A stretch of DNA of 60,434 bases, filler included, from Sphacelaria rigidula (Eukaryota), in NCBI GenBank assembly GCA_964200075.2. It is 6 parts of 6 records of this genome, joined end to end, with 100 filler letters (N's around TTAATTAATTAA, not from the genome) between each part and the next. Parts side by side here need not be neighbours in the genome. Positions count along the whole stretch, not along the records: positions 1 to 9,990 come from CAXNAA020007355.1; positions 10,091 to 20,079 come from CAXNAA020007356.1; 4 more parts are not named here. One strand, given 5' to 3'. The notes under the pieces are model-generated. The model saw nothing but the letters and a program-made list of their open reading frames with translations. It did not search any database and was not told the origin of the DNA. Below are positions 1 through 12,375 of this stretch, one piece after another (position 1 is the stretch's first letter; each line of letters begins with the position of its first letter). The translations under genes were made by a program, and so were the position numbers.

Positions 1-57
1 AAAAAAAGGGGGGGGTTGTGGAGGAGGAGGAGAGCGAAGGGCGCGAAAGCACACCAG

Positions 58-88
<31 letters not shown>

Positions 89-699
89 CGCTCAATATCA
101 CACCATGTGATGCTTCCCTCTCTTTCTCCAAGCGTCTTTCATTGATCACTGTTATGACCATGTCAGCATTATCACGCATGGTGTGGCCCATGTTATTTAT
201 TGGAGTATGAGTCGGTGGTCGTGACTTGGAGCGGTCAGGAACATTGTGGCTGAGCTCGTCGCATCGCTCCCCGCGCGGTTACTCTCGATAACTACCCCAA
301 CGTGCAGTCCCAACGATAACACATGGCGCCGAGTTGACAAGGCGTTTAGTGGGTTCAACCTTCACGCTGCCTTGAGCAAAGCACAAATGGGTATACCCCC
401 AGTGGTTTCAGGTACAAAATGGGGCACATCCCGTGGTTTCAGGGGGGAGGGGAAGGGGATGGGGGCATATTCCGCAGTTTAAGGGATGAAATGGGGGTAG
501 CGCACTTTTTTGGTGCGGGGCGCAGCGCTGCACGCCGGCTGGGCACCTCTGAAACACGTTTCAGCGCCTCAACCCACAACTATTCGTCGAGGATTCCCTG
601 TCACCTTTTCCTAGACAAATCCCAGCATTATACAGATTGGTCGAAACCCGGGATCATTTCAAGGCTTCCATCAACAATCGCTAACCCAATCGTGATGTA

Positions 700-1075
700 G
701 TGTGTTGTGTGTGTGTTTGTCCTCCCATCTATTCTGGACGCCAGTCTACATCTTCGGGTATATGTTGGCGCATCAGCCGAGATCAAACAGGAGGAAGGCC
801 AACAAAATAGTTTTTTTCTCAATTTTGTTTTAGTACTTCACCTTCCTTCTGTGGTGCTTGCCTTACATTTTATCGAGAGAGGGTTTCAGCAGTTCCTTTC
901 CCGCGTCGACCATGGAGTCGAATGTTTTGTACTACCCACGACACAGTCGCTCTCCACTATTGAGCATTGTGTGAGAAGAAATCTCAGATCGTGTGACTGC
1001 GCCGAGATTAGAACCCACGACCCAACCGTCATGAGATTTCGAGGTTACCAACTGAGCCCCAGGGGCGACCGGCTG
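700..1075 (-). mobile_element. tRNA-derived SINE with (CA)n tail
   Basis: The minus strand begins GCCCCTGGGGCTCAGTTGGTAA (A-box-like) ... GGTCGTGGGTTCTAATC (B-box-like) and ends in CA repeats. Its 3' half recurs at about 42390-42530. Confidence 0.65.
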
Positions 1076-1102
1076 CAGTAGCAGTGCACTCGTAAATGAA
1101 CA

Positions 1103-1307
1103 TCACCTTTTCTGTGATGCCTCGGCCTCAGCCTGCCGTCTTGCGAGCTCCTGCTTCTGTTCGACCTCGGCCTGTCGTCTTACGAGCTCCTGCCTCTGTT
1201 CGGCCTCAGCTTGAGCAGTCTGAGCAGCCTGAAGTCGACGCGCTAACGCAGAGGCCGCCTGGTTGTTCATCTCTCGTACCCCGGAAGCGACAGCTGAACC
1301 GCTTCTC
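1103..1307 (-). CDS. Exon of gene A, coiled coil with 13-aa tandem repeat; possibly terminal
   Basis: Acceptor actccag|G AGA AGC (phase 2 match). Encodes QAEAEQRQELVRRQAEVEQKQELARRQAEAEA. Ends either at TGA (1103-1105) or at the overlapping donor AAAAG|gtgatg. Confidence 0.6.
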
Positions 1308-3166
1308 CTGGAGTATGACGAGATACACCACACAGGGCAAGGGGTACACAGTACAGCATATATATATCGTCATTGGTCAGTGCATGTTGGCGCTGTTATG
1401 CCAGTGAATGGGGGCCGATTTTGGGCACTATATACCGGGAAAATGGACCGACCAACTCCAGTCAGTTGAATGCAAAATGAGCCAATCAGTATCTATCACA
1501 AGTACACGCATCACTTGGAATGACAACGGCGCTCATACAAAATGTACTATTGCTATAGTACATTCTACAATACACCTGTGACTGACGTTGCTGTACGCCT
1601 GTAAACAGGGTTACAACAGGAGGATAGAAGCTGCTGCTCGGGTTGTTGTTGTGCTCTTCTTGTTGCAGTATGTTGTCAAGCTTATGTTTCAACGCTACTT
1701 TCTCGGCAACAACGCAGAGGATTGGACTGCGGTTTGATGCGTGCGCTTCCCACACACCAGAAATAGTGAATTTGACAAGAGATTTCCGTACGCGTGCCGC
1801 GGAGGACGCAGCACTGTGCAAACCGCTGCACCAAACACAAAACGTACAAAAAAAAGCGTTTCTTGCAACGTTCTGGGGCTTTTCGGGTCCGCTGTGGCGA
1901 ATTGAGCAACTCCGCCGACAAACTCAATACCTCTAGTGTGTGCGGGGGGCTGTGAAGTTCCAGAGGCCGGTTTGCTTCCTGTCTCGAGATAGTAGCAAGG
2001 AAAAATTTACAGTTGTCGCATACTAAACCTAGGTAACTTGGGATGGAGCGTGTATTATGTTCGGCAGAGGTTCGGCACAGGCCCGACCAGTCTATGACGT
2101 CTTCAATATGTCTTCAATATCCGTCCGCATTCATTTTTTTTGTGAACAACGAATTTTTGGTCGGTAAGGCCTTCATCCACGGGCATAACTGTCACTTGAC
2201 GTGGACCAATACTTCAGTTTTCAAACATAAAATATGGAATAGACAAGTGGACACAGCCGTGGTTACACACATAAACACCGCAAATCGCCATTGCCGCATA
2301 CTGTTGGTACACTATCACCATCAATCGAATCTTGGGCGGATAAAAATCACGAGTCATCATGTTTACTTCTGGCGAAACCGCCCCGCCCGGTGGTGTAAAT
2401 AAATTAAAATGGTCCGACTGTCAGCATTAGGGTGGAGGGAACGTGGGTTCGATTTTCGATGCGTTTGTTTTTTTTCTCCGACGTAACAGGTTTCCCCTGT
2501 CTGAAGCGTGAGTACGTGACCAAACAAAAGAGTGGTTGATTGAGTTTGTTCCGCGAGAGTTGAGGTGATGCAGGAATGCTGACTCCGTCCGCAAGACAAA
2601 ACTCGAATGCGTGCACCGCGGAGAGATTGGTTGGGCCCTTGAGACCACGGACTCGTCCCGAGGAAGGGGGAGGGGTTCAAAGTGCGACAATATATATAAA
2701 AATATAAGTAAATATTAATATTATACAGCAGAGTCCCACCACAGAGCAGTGCTTCAAGTGGGGTCCCAGCACAGTGAGTTCCAAAAAACGTACACAATAA
2801 TCATCATTCACTATGTTTTTTTTCCTTGTAGCACCGACTGATAACAAGTCCGATCCGCCATACGAATACCGAGTGATTGCACAACTCAAACAAAGCGCCG
2901 GGGTCCCCGCGTAGTGCGGAGGACGCGAGAGCTGGCGACCAACCGCACTATACCGGGACCTCTACTGTACATTTATGTATATTCTGGTTATCGAGGATAA
3001 AGAGACGCATAGATCTCTTCTCGATTACGACCTGTACTTCCTCTGTCCCATTACTTTGCTCGGTTATGTTTGTACGACCCCAGGGACCTACCGCTTCTTC
3101 AGCGACTGTTGTCGATACAATACAGCTACAAGAAGGGAGAAATAATCCCAGTGGAAAATGACACAC

Positions 3167-3496
3167 CTTGGATCCAACCCAGAAGACGACGCATCGGCGC
3201 GACTTCCTCCGCCTCCACCCGACCCAGACCCCCCGCCATCGCCGCCTCCGCTTCGGCCACTGCTCCACCCAGCACTACCGGAGTCCCGCCTGTCGACGGG
3301 GGGCCGTCCGCTCCGTCGCCGACTGGTGTCCAGATCCCGATCCCTGTCCCTGCCCCGATCGCGGTCTCGATCCCGATCGCGATCCCGATCGCGATCCCGA
3401 TCTCTGTCTTTGTCTCTGTCGCGACTGCGACTTCGGCTTCGACTCCGGCTTCGACTCCGGCTACTGTCGCTCCTAGAATATTCCCGACTGCGCCGC
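3167..3496 (-). CDS. Exon of gene A with RS and RD dipeptide repeats (SR-like region)
   Basis: Acceptor gcaagcag|G CGG CGC matches the phase 2 of the previous exon. Encodes RSRSRSRSRDRDKDRDRD...GLDP. Donor CCA AG|gtgtgt. Confidence 0.75.
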
Positions 3497-4544
3497 CTGC
3501 TTGCCACCGCCGTGGTGATGATGGGTAATGTTGGAAATATATAAATAGACCACGAGTTGAAAGAGTGGTCGTGGGTGTGAAATACGGCGCCCGTCTGGAA
3601 GAATTTTTCATGCCTCATTCAATTCTGCAAACGTGTTTCTCTCCCCGAGCCAAAACGGCGTAGTCAGCTGATCAAGAGCTTTTGTATGTGCGGCCCGAGC
3701 TATGCACTGTCTATCCTGGGACAGTAGGAGAAAAAGTTAACGGGCGCTTTTTGCCACAGATCTGGCCTGTGTGACAGGCGTGAACCACAGCAAGGAAGGG
3801 CCATTGCGCCGCTGTTATATGTTTCTCTGCCGGCAAAAAGTCTTGCCGAGCAGCTTAACTGTTTCTCGATAATTCGCAAACAATTCGTGCAAAAATGAAC
3901 TGACGGGTACGGCAAAAAAAAATGCAATTTTTGGAAGCTTCAGTTACCGTCCGTCTAAAACCACAGTGGAAAAGCTGCCACGTAACCTGCAAGCAAGTAC
4001 TCTCTGGCCCGTTTTCCTTCGACGTTCATCCTCACCTCTTTTTCTTGTTGTCATGCCATCTGCCTTGTACCTTACACGCACTTTTCAGTCACAGTACAGG
4101 TTGGGAGTATCACATGAGTCTAATTTCTCGGAACGATTGGAATGAGAAATGTGGCTGTAACATCTATTTTTTGTAGGTGTTCACATACAGAGTATTGTTT
4201 GTGTTAAGTGGTTTAACTATGGATTGTTCTGTCCCCGTGCTTGTCATACTACTGTAGAATACTATTTATCGTGGCTCTACATATCTACATTGTTCTACAA
4301 TGAGCATTGGTAAATTCTACGCCATGATATCAATCGGCTTCTATTTTATGTCTGCCTGCTCTCCTCTAGCATGTTCCCTCGACTCGTTATTCCTACCATG
4401 TGCCTGTGATGAGGGGGGGGGGGGGGGGGGGGGGGTGAGGTGATTTCCGGTTGTGGGTTAATAAAACCCTAAACCCCCCACCCCCAAAAAGGAGNNNNNN
4501 NNNNCGCGTCCCTTCGCGTGTCTTTTCCGTCCCCCCCTCCAGCT

Positions 4545-4575
<31 letters not shown>

Positions 4576-4579
4576 CGGG

Positions 4580-4720
4580 GGATGTGCTAGTAATCTCGCA
4601 TGTCGTAGTCATAAGACCATTAACCTCGCATCCCTACAAAGCCGGGAAGGAGCATGCCGGGTTTTCGCCGGAACACGATCGCAATCACCAAGCGTGAAGC
4701 GCCGTGATATGTTCGTGATG
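4580..4720 (+). repeat. Interspersed repeat family R1 copy (starts after a poly-G run)
   Basis: gtcataagaccattaacctcgcatccctacaaagccggg...gccgggttttcgccgg; same sequence at 10091-10155 (-), 30269-30366 (-), 40358-41195 and 43397-43520. Confidence 0.75.
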
Positions 4721-4791
4721 GGGTGGGGGGATAGCGAGGCGGCCGTCTCCACAACACTTCATCATGAATGTCCGTAAATGGACGTACGCAC

Positions 4792-6347
4792 CTGCCGTGT
4801 CCCTTCCCGGACTCCCTCCCACGGTCTCTATTGTCTCCCGCTGCTCGCCGCCCCCCGTCCCCTCCGCTGCCCCCCCTACCGCCGCGGCTACGACTGTCGC
4901 TCCTGCTTTGACTCCTGTTGCTGCTACTGCTCCTGCTTCGCCGCCGCCTACCGCCCCCCCCGCCGCCACCGCCACCGCCTCCACTATCCCTGCTTGTGAA
5001 ACCGCCAACGCTGCGTCCTCGACCATTGGAATGATCTCGTTCTCCGCTCAAGGTTGACCCTTTGCTCCCAGCGGCGGTACCGCCGCTCCCGCCGCTCCCG
5101 CCGGCACTACCACCGCTACGTCGATATCGGTCGTTATCGCGCGACTCGCTCTGGGACTTTGTTCGCTTCCCACCGCCGTTGTCTCCCGCTCCCAGCATTC
5201 CTCCGTCTCCGTAACGTCCCCCCCGGTCCCAGTCCCGGTCTCGCTCCCGGTTGTGCGGAAAGTCACGGCTGTGATGACTGTGATGGTAGTGGTTGCTGTA
5301 GTAGTCACGGTTGCCGCCGGCAGAGGTGGAAGCGGTGCTAGTTGTGGAAGCAGCGCCGGGTGATGGTGGTTCGATATTTTTCCGGCGAGGAATGTCACGT
5401 GCTCCTCCTCCCCCCCCGGGGCGGCGTTCGTCTATGGCTACAGCGGTAGTAGTAGAGGACTCTACCGCGCGCGGCACCCTTTCACTTTTTTGCATATCCT
5501 CTCCCTTGCCACTGCCGCTGCCGCTGCAGTCGCCGCCGGCGTGAAGATCATCATCATTACTATGGGCGTAGCTCCGAACGTGACTGCGCGGCGGCCGTCC
5601 GTCATGGCCGTCGTCACCGCCGCTGCCGCCACTGCCGCCGCGTGCGCGGCCGCTCTCCTTCTTACAGGCACGATCAAGTTCAGGGCTCCAACTTTGGTCG
5701 TCATAGTGACCCATGGGGCGCGATTTCCGTCTTACGCCGGTGGCGCTCCCACTCCGACGGCTGTCGGGTGGACTATTGGCGGGGCTAGCACCACCTCCAC
5801 CATCAACACCCTCACCACCATCACCACCCTTCCGTCGGCCGTGAGTGTGCCGGCGTCCATCATCATCGTCTCGCCGTCTTCCGCTGCTGCCACTGCTAAT
5901 GCCATCCCCTAGTCGGCGGTCCTTCTTCTTGATGATTATTCCGGCGTCGGCTTTACCACCGCCTGTCCGTCGTTCACGGCTGTTGTCACTTCTCCTGCTC
6001 GCCGACTCACTTCTGGATTTGCTGTGGCTGTGGTCTTCTCGGTCGATGCGGCTGTCGGCGACGGAGGTGGTGGAGACACTAGTGGCGGACGACACACTGT
6101 TGCTGATTTTTTTCTTTTTTTTCATCTTCTTGGGCACATCCAATTTCGCCCGCTTTCCTCCTTCGCCGATACTGCCAATGCCATCGTTGTCGATACCACC
6201 GCCGATGTTATTGTCACTGTCTTCTACCTGCCGTTGTTTTCGTTTTATTCCAGCGATGGAGGCAGTGGCAGTGGTACGGGCGGCTGCGCTCCCGTTAGCG
6301 AGGCCGCCATGCTGCTCCCCGCCCTTCTTTTTCGCCTTCGGTTTTTT
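4792..6347 (-). CDS. Exon of gene A (Gly/Ser/Arg/Asp-rich)
   Basis: Acceptor ggaacag|AAA AAA CCG and donor GGC AG|gtgcgt (phase 2). Open frame within ORF 4620..6425. Confidence 0.75.
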
Positions 6348-6794
6348 CTGTTCCATTACATGGGGTATCATCACACACGCACAACAGAAGCAAGAAGCTG
6401 GAAACAAGAATGACCTGTCGTTCATCTACACAGGAGGTTACACATAACCCATGCGGAAATATTTGAGCTTCAAGGCACTCTTCACTATGCACGCATGTTC
6501 GAAAAGGCAGTAGAGCTTGATGTAAGGGAGGAGTCACGCCCCGTGCGTTCCTTGAGGCCGCCATTCACACCGCAGGCCTGTCGAGCAACACGACAGATAC
6601 GCCCACCCAACCACGTCCCGCTACGCCAAAACCCGCCATGATAGTGCATCATAACTCGAACTAGGCAAACCGAATGAGCGCGGTCGTTAACATGTTTGAC
6701 AAACTAACCCATTCGGAGGGACAGTACCCAGGCGAAATGTCCACCACAGGCATACAAAGCACATGTACACACAAGACTATTGATTTAAGCTCAC

Positions 6795-8261
6795 CTTTTT
6801 CGGACCAACACCACTTCTTTTCAAGCCATCATCGCCATCCGTCTTCGACAGCTTCCTCGGTTCCACCGCCCACTGGCCACCGTGTTCCTCGGAACGTTCC
6901 TCGTCAATCAGCTCCCCGTCCGCACCACCACCTATTTCCCGTCGATCCTTTCGCCCACCCTTCTTGCCCCTACGTTTCTCGCTGGACGTCCTTGTAGATC
7001 CAAGCACTCGTCCGCCGGCGGCTTCTCCTTGGACTTCGACACCATCCATGCTGTCGGCGGGTAGCGACTCGACCTCCTCGGTGGAATCTAACAGCACCGG
7101 CTCCGGCTGCGGAGAAGAAGGTACTGCTTCGGGGATTTTCACCGGTTGCTGCTGGTGCTGTTGCGGTGGCGGCAGCGGCAGCAGAGGCGAAGAAGGCAGA
7201 GAAGGCGGAGGGAACGAGGGGACCGCGTTCTCATTTGTTCGTCGCGCTGTTTTCTTGTTCAGGATCGCCCCTTTTTTCTTGTTCCCCACCGACTTCTTGC
7301 TGTTCGCAGTGGTGCTGTCGCTCTTCCTGCTACTGGTCGATTTCGCCTTACCCGCTTTATCGATCTTCTTGTCTTTGTTACTCTTCTTCCCATTCACAGC
7401 CCACTTGACGCCATAGCTACCCTCATCGACCTCACCCGCCGTCCCCCTCTCATGATCAGCAGGCGTATCCACATCCTCGTCTTCGGTCAACCCCAACAAA
7501 GCGGCGCCGTCGGCAGGTGATCCTGGCCGTCCCCGCTCTTGCGATTCGACCCCGCTGTTGCCTTCCCCAACACCCACCCCATACATGTCATCATCATCGT
7601 CACCCTCATCCTCTTCAACAGCTCTACTTGCGAAAACTTTCTTCCGCTTCCCGCCACCATCACTTCCGCCGCCTCTCGAAAACCGCTCATTCCAGGACTC
7701 TGGCTTCACCTGCCGATCATCAGTAGCCGCGGCTCCCGCTGCCGCTGCCGCTGCCGTCGCCGTCGCCCCCGCCTCTCGTCCCTGGACCAGCGCTCCTCCC
7801 TCTCTCTCCTTTAGCTCCTCCTCGACCGCCGTACTGTTCCAACCTCTTTTGCGCTTGCTGCCACTACCGCCACCGTTGACCTCCCACTCAACCGGGCCCT
7901 TCTTTTTCGTTGCCGCCGGCGATTTCGAAGTCGACCTTGAACGACCACGAGCTCCCCCGGTGCTTGTGCCTTGCTTTTTGCTCTTGGCCGCCGGGACAGC
8001 GGCAGCGGAGGCTGTAGCGGAATCTTTCGTTGCGTATCCATGGGTGAACGCGTCGTCATCGGTATAGTCGGCGTCGGTGCCGTGGGGGGTAGCACCTCGC
8101 TTGTCGTCCTTTGGCGCCGTGTCGGCTTGCTGCTTGCTTCCCCCGCCCCCGGTGGCTTTCATTGACGCTCTTGATGTTTTTTTCCCTCCGCTTTTCGGTG
8201 TTGTTGTTCTTGGTTTCTCTGCTGCCGCGGCTTGCTTCTTCTTGGTGCACGCGGCAGACTT
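6795..8261 (-). CDS. Exon of gene A (disordered, Lys/Gly/acidic-rich)
   Basis: Acceptor ttatcgcag|AAG TCT GCC and donor CCG AAA AAG|gtgagc. Phase 0 at both ends; open frame within ORF 6777..9830. Confidence 0.75.
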
Positions 8262-8534
8262 CTGCGATAAGAATTGGGGAAGGGAAACGAAGGAGAGAAA
8301 CGAAAGGAAGTGTGAAGCGAAATCATACACACAAGAGCTTTTAACATGCCACGGGGCTGATCTCAAAAGATCGCCGTCATAAGATCCTGTGTTTGTTTGA
8401 CAGGTTGAGTGGAATGGAGAGTGTATCACTGCAGAAAGAGAACGAGAGAGCAATAGAGCTCTTCCATGACACGACAACAACAACAACAACGACGACGACG
8501 ACGACGACGACGACGACAGGAACAAACTGCTCGC

Positions 8535-9316
8535 CTTGGCATTGCTGGTCACGCTCCCCCCTCTCATCCCAGTCCCTTGGCTCTCATCCTCGCCATGTTC
8601 CCCACCGTCCACCGCGTCCCCTCCTTCACCCTCCTGATCCTCCACAGCAGCCCCGCCATCGGCATCACCCCCGACCGCCGCAACGGTATCTGCATCTGAT
8701 GGGCCCTTCTTTCCCGCGCCCCTCGAGCGCGCGGAGAGCGACCTCCCCTTTTTGCCGCCCCTAGCGGCACCGCCCTTACTTGCTTTTGATCTCGCGGGCG
8801 ACTTCTTGCCAGTCGTTGATGGCGCATTCCCTTCCTCGTCGTCACCGCCGGCGGCGATTGATGCTGCTGCTGCTTGTTCGGTCACTTCTTCTGTCTCGCC
8901 TTCGTCGCTATGTCGGTTTTCGGGTGCGGGCTCTACTGTTCCCTGGTCGCCATTATTATCGCCGCCGCCCTCTTCTTCCTCTTCCCCTACCCCATCCTCA
9001 GAACCTGATTGCTTCGCTTGTTTTTTCCCTGTGCTGCGGCTGCGGCTTCGACTCCTGCTCGCGCTGCTGCTGCCGCCTCTCTTCGCGACGGCGCTTTTAC
9101 CTCCGCCGCGACCCCTCGGCGTACTCCTGGGGGTACTTACTTTGCGTTTCGAGGCAGCACCCCCTTTCGCTCCGTCGCCGCTCGTGGGCCGCCTTCGCTT
9201 CGGCGCGGGAGCCTTACCCTCCTCGCCCCCTTCGCTCTCATCGCCATCACCCGCGACGGAGTCCGCTGTGTTGTCGTCTACTTTATCGCTTCCTGACGCA
9301 TTACCCTCCTCCTCCT

Positions 9317-9353
<37 letters not shown>

Positions 9354-9632
9354 TGCTGCTTCTGCTGCTGCTTCTGCGGCCTCGGCTGCCTTCTTAGCTC
9401 TCCTCTGCTTTCTCTTCTCTTGGGCTGCCTTGGCCCTGTCTTGCGCTTGCTTCGCCTTCTTTTCTCGCAATAGCTTGGCTTTGGCTTGCCGCTCCTCGGC
9501 CTGCTTCTTTTTGGCCTCCTCGGCGGCCGCTTTGTCGGCTTGCCTTTTTGCCTTCGCTGCCGCCGCCTTGACGGCGGATTCTTCGTCTCGAATCTTCTGC
9601 TTAGCATCTTCTTCTTCCTGCTTTTGCTTCGC
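8535..9632 (-). CDS. Exon of a large low-complexity K/E/A/G-rich protein (gene A; 5' end lies beyond the contig end)
   Basis: Acceptor ...gaaaaaag|GCG AAG CAA after a pyrimidine-rich tract. Encodes AKQKQEEEDAKQK...SVTSNAK, with a coiled coil and basic NLS-like PKRRR. Ends at a probable GC donor AAG|gcgagc. Confidence 0.7.
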
Positions 9633-9990
9633 CTTTTTTCGGGATAAAACAAACAAAAAGGAGCAAAACAAAGCAGGCAAGCGTGAAAAAAACATACATA
9701 TACCATCTTCTCTCGCTCCGCTTTCCTTCGGAGAAAGGAAGAACGGAAAAATCGCTCGCAAGTTTGAGCAAAAAAGAAGGGGAGAGGGGGGGGGGGGGGG
9801 ACGCCGCCTCCAATGCTTTTTCTTATCCACTTCGTGTCTTTCGACAAATCGTTTTGCGACAGTTTACGTTTCAAAGTAAGCGCTTATACGAATACGTGTT
9901 CACCGCAACCCAGAGGAACGTTGAACGCTCTAAATGCAAATAAACCGTGACACATCCACCCGCCCCCAACCCACCCCCCAATTCTCCCCC

Positions 9991-10090
9991 NNNNNNNNNN
10001 NNNNNNNNNNNNNNNNNNNNNNNNNNNNNNNNNNTTAATTAATTAANNNNNNNNNNNNNNNNNNNNNNNNNNNNNNNNNNNNNNNNNNNN
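9991..10090. other. Artificial contig spacer (N44-TTAATTAATTAA-N44)
   Basis: Identical 100-nt linker with stops in all six frames, recurring every 10089 bp. Confidence 0.97.
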
Positions 10091-10155
10091 CCGGCTTTGT
10101 AGGTATGCGAGGTCAATGGTCTTATGACTATGGCATGCACGATCATGAGTGCACC
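10091..10155 (-). repeat. Family R1 copy at contig start
   Basis: Reverse complement of actcatgatcgtgcatgccatagtcataagaccattgacctcgca...acaaagccgg. Confidence 0.7.
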
Positions 10156-10156
10156 C

Positions 10157-10190
<34 letters not shown>

Positions 10191-10236
10191 ACCCACCGTT
10201 CTACCGAACACCTGTTGGTTTTCTTTTTTCTCGTAG

Positions 10237-10339
10237 AGAACTGACTAGCGCGTATGACGGAGAGGAGCAGGAGGAGGAAGGTGGAAAGGAAGCAGAGCCA
10301 GAAACGGAGAACGACAGAAAGCCCCAAGAGTCTCGAGAG
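10237..10339 (+). CDS. Probable internal exon of an unknown gene B (acidic)
   Basis: Strong acceptor ttttctcgtag| and donor GAG|gtaacc. Encodes ELTSAYDGEEQEEEGGKEAEPETENDRKPQESRE. Confidence 0.55.
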
Positions 10340-11355
10340 GTAACCAATTTTCTTCAACTGTTTTGATTTACCGACCAATGGATCTCTGTATCTTCGTGCA
10401 GTGATGCACTTGGTATGTTCCAGCTTGTGCACAGACCAGTTGGGTTTCCGTACACGGGTTGCTAGATAACGGTAGGGTAGAGAAAGGCACTTCCCATTCG
10501 ATATCTCAAGGCCCTACAAAACTCAATACTGTTGCGAATACTTTGGGACAACCCTCGGTACGCCAAGTGCGATATCCTAGAGCAATCTCCTTCGATTATT
10601 AATGGCTTCATCACCCCCCCCCCCCCTCCCTTTTTTGTACGCCCCCTCCTTCTTTGTACGATCCCCCCTCCCTTGTTTACCCACTGAAGAGTGTAGTGGT
10701 AGGTAGATGACCTGTGATGGTGATGTTGAGTCGGAACCATTTCTAGGCCTCCAAACTGCGACAAGTTCTTGCTGTATGTCGTAATACTGTCTTTTGTTAG
10801 ACGTAACACAGTCAAACTGGTGCAAGTGTGTGGAAGACTCACCACGTTCTTTACGTTGATACGCTGTTCTGATCTCGTGCTGTAATAATAAAAAAAAAAC
10901 GTGTATTGTTTCCTGTGCGTTTTGCTCTGTTCGATTAACTTCATTTCACCTGCATCCAGTCTCCCACTTGTTTCTTCCGATGCAGCAGTTCGCACGTGCT
11001 CAGGGTAGGGTAGGGTGTAAAATAGGGTATTTTGATATCTCGATACCCTGAATACCTTGGACTACGGAGTATTTTCGACGTCCGATGCCGTGCATTCCCT
11101 GGATTTCTAATTATATTCGGCAGGTAAAACAATATCCTGCGTCCAGTCGAGTATCGGGTAGGGTACTACTCCGAGTACCGTGCCCCGGGATGACGAGTAT
11201 TCCAGGGTACGCACCATGCTCGGAGCAACTTTGTTGCTATTGGACAGACTGCGTATAACCTGAACCTGTGTATCTACACTCGCTTGTTGGCTGCACTCAA
11301 TGACTGGCCCTCGTATTTGACGTTACAACTGAATAACATATGTACGCATGCCCAG

Positions 11356-11427
11356 GCCAAGTCGAAAAGAGGTCGGGATCCAGGGGCGCGGGCAGAAGGG
11401 TACGTGGTAGTAGATCTGGTGAAGTGA
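11356..11427 (+). CDS. Possible terminal exon of gene B
   Basis: Acceptor atgcccag|GCC is in phase 0 with the previous exon. Encodes AKSKRGRDPGARAEGYVVVDLVK-stop. Confidence 0.35.
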   Translation, partial: AKSKRGRDPGARAEGYVVVDLVK

Positions 11428-12375
11428 TCCCTTTCTGTCGGAAAGACTCGGGAAGCAAGAGCTAGGCAGCTCACACACGCAGGCATGGGCGGTAAGTCTC
11501 GAAGCGAAATGTGTTGATGGGTCGGTTGGTCGGCTGGCTTGATTGATTGACTTCAAGTAACTGGTCCTCCCGACTGCGGTGGTGATATTGTTGCAAACAA
11601 ATGACGAGTTTTCTCTCGCGTTTTTGATCGATTGATGATTGCGTCAATCATAGCGGATCCAATGAAATCTAGCCGAACTCGAAATATGGTGCACGTACGG
11701 GCTCGAGGTGAAGGGACCCAAACACTCCGCCGATGGAACGTCGAGTGCGGTACTGCTCGCGCGGTAGTGTGCAGTGGAATTGTACGCTGCATTACCGTGT
11801 GGCATACCACAATATCCTGCGCTGTTCAGTATCATACTATGATACCTTGCACTCCGATACAACACTCTCCTAAAAGCCCACGACATGGGACTCCACACAC
11901 AGCATGCCTCTGTAGTATCGTACACCGCCCGATTCACGCTGAACCAGTATCAAAATGGCCCCATTCTTGTAGAGCCATATGCAACGCAAAACGCTTCCCC
12001 AGGGGCCGCTGGCAAGACTACACCAGCAAGCAACGAAACAATTAAACATACAAATGACCAACCGCTTGAACCATACCCACGCAATGCTGCACGAGTCGAA
12101 CGTCAACTCTTTGCGTTCGTTTTATGTCAGTGGTCCATCCTGGTCTCGACCACCTGCCCCAGATTGCTGTTGGTGAGTCCATACCATGGTTCCAAGGTAT
12201 TCTTGAGGGCTCAACCAACTCATATCTGCCTGGGCCTGGGTACCTGCTGGAAGCATTGACGTAGAGCACTCAACCAGCGCTCAAGCTGTCTTTCCCACCC
12301 TCCATACTACAGTAGTACCAACAACGCGTAGGATGAACAATGAAGCGCTCTCCAAGCGCGGCCTGCGTCCAAAAG

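Noticed and set aside
1000-1075. Functional tRNA gene
   Set aside because: A and B boxes are present but no clean cloverleaf is evident, and the segment is joined to a repeat body; treated as a SINE head.
5845-9879. Long plus-strand ORFs (5845..6447, 8752..9879 and others)
   Set aside because: Antisense shadows of GC-rich minus-strand exons of gene A.
10035-10046. TTAATTAATTAA palindrome repeated five times as a biological motif
   Set aside because: Always centred in N runs; it is a six-frame stop linker added during concatenation.
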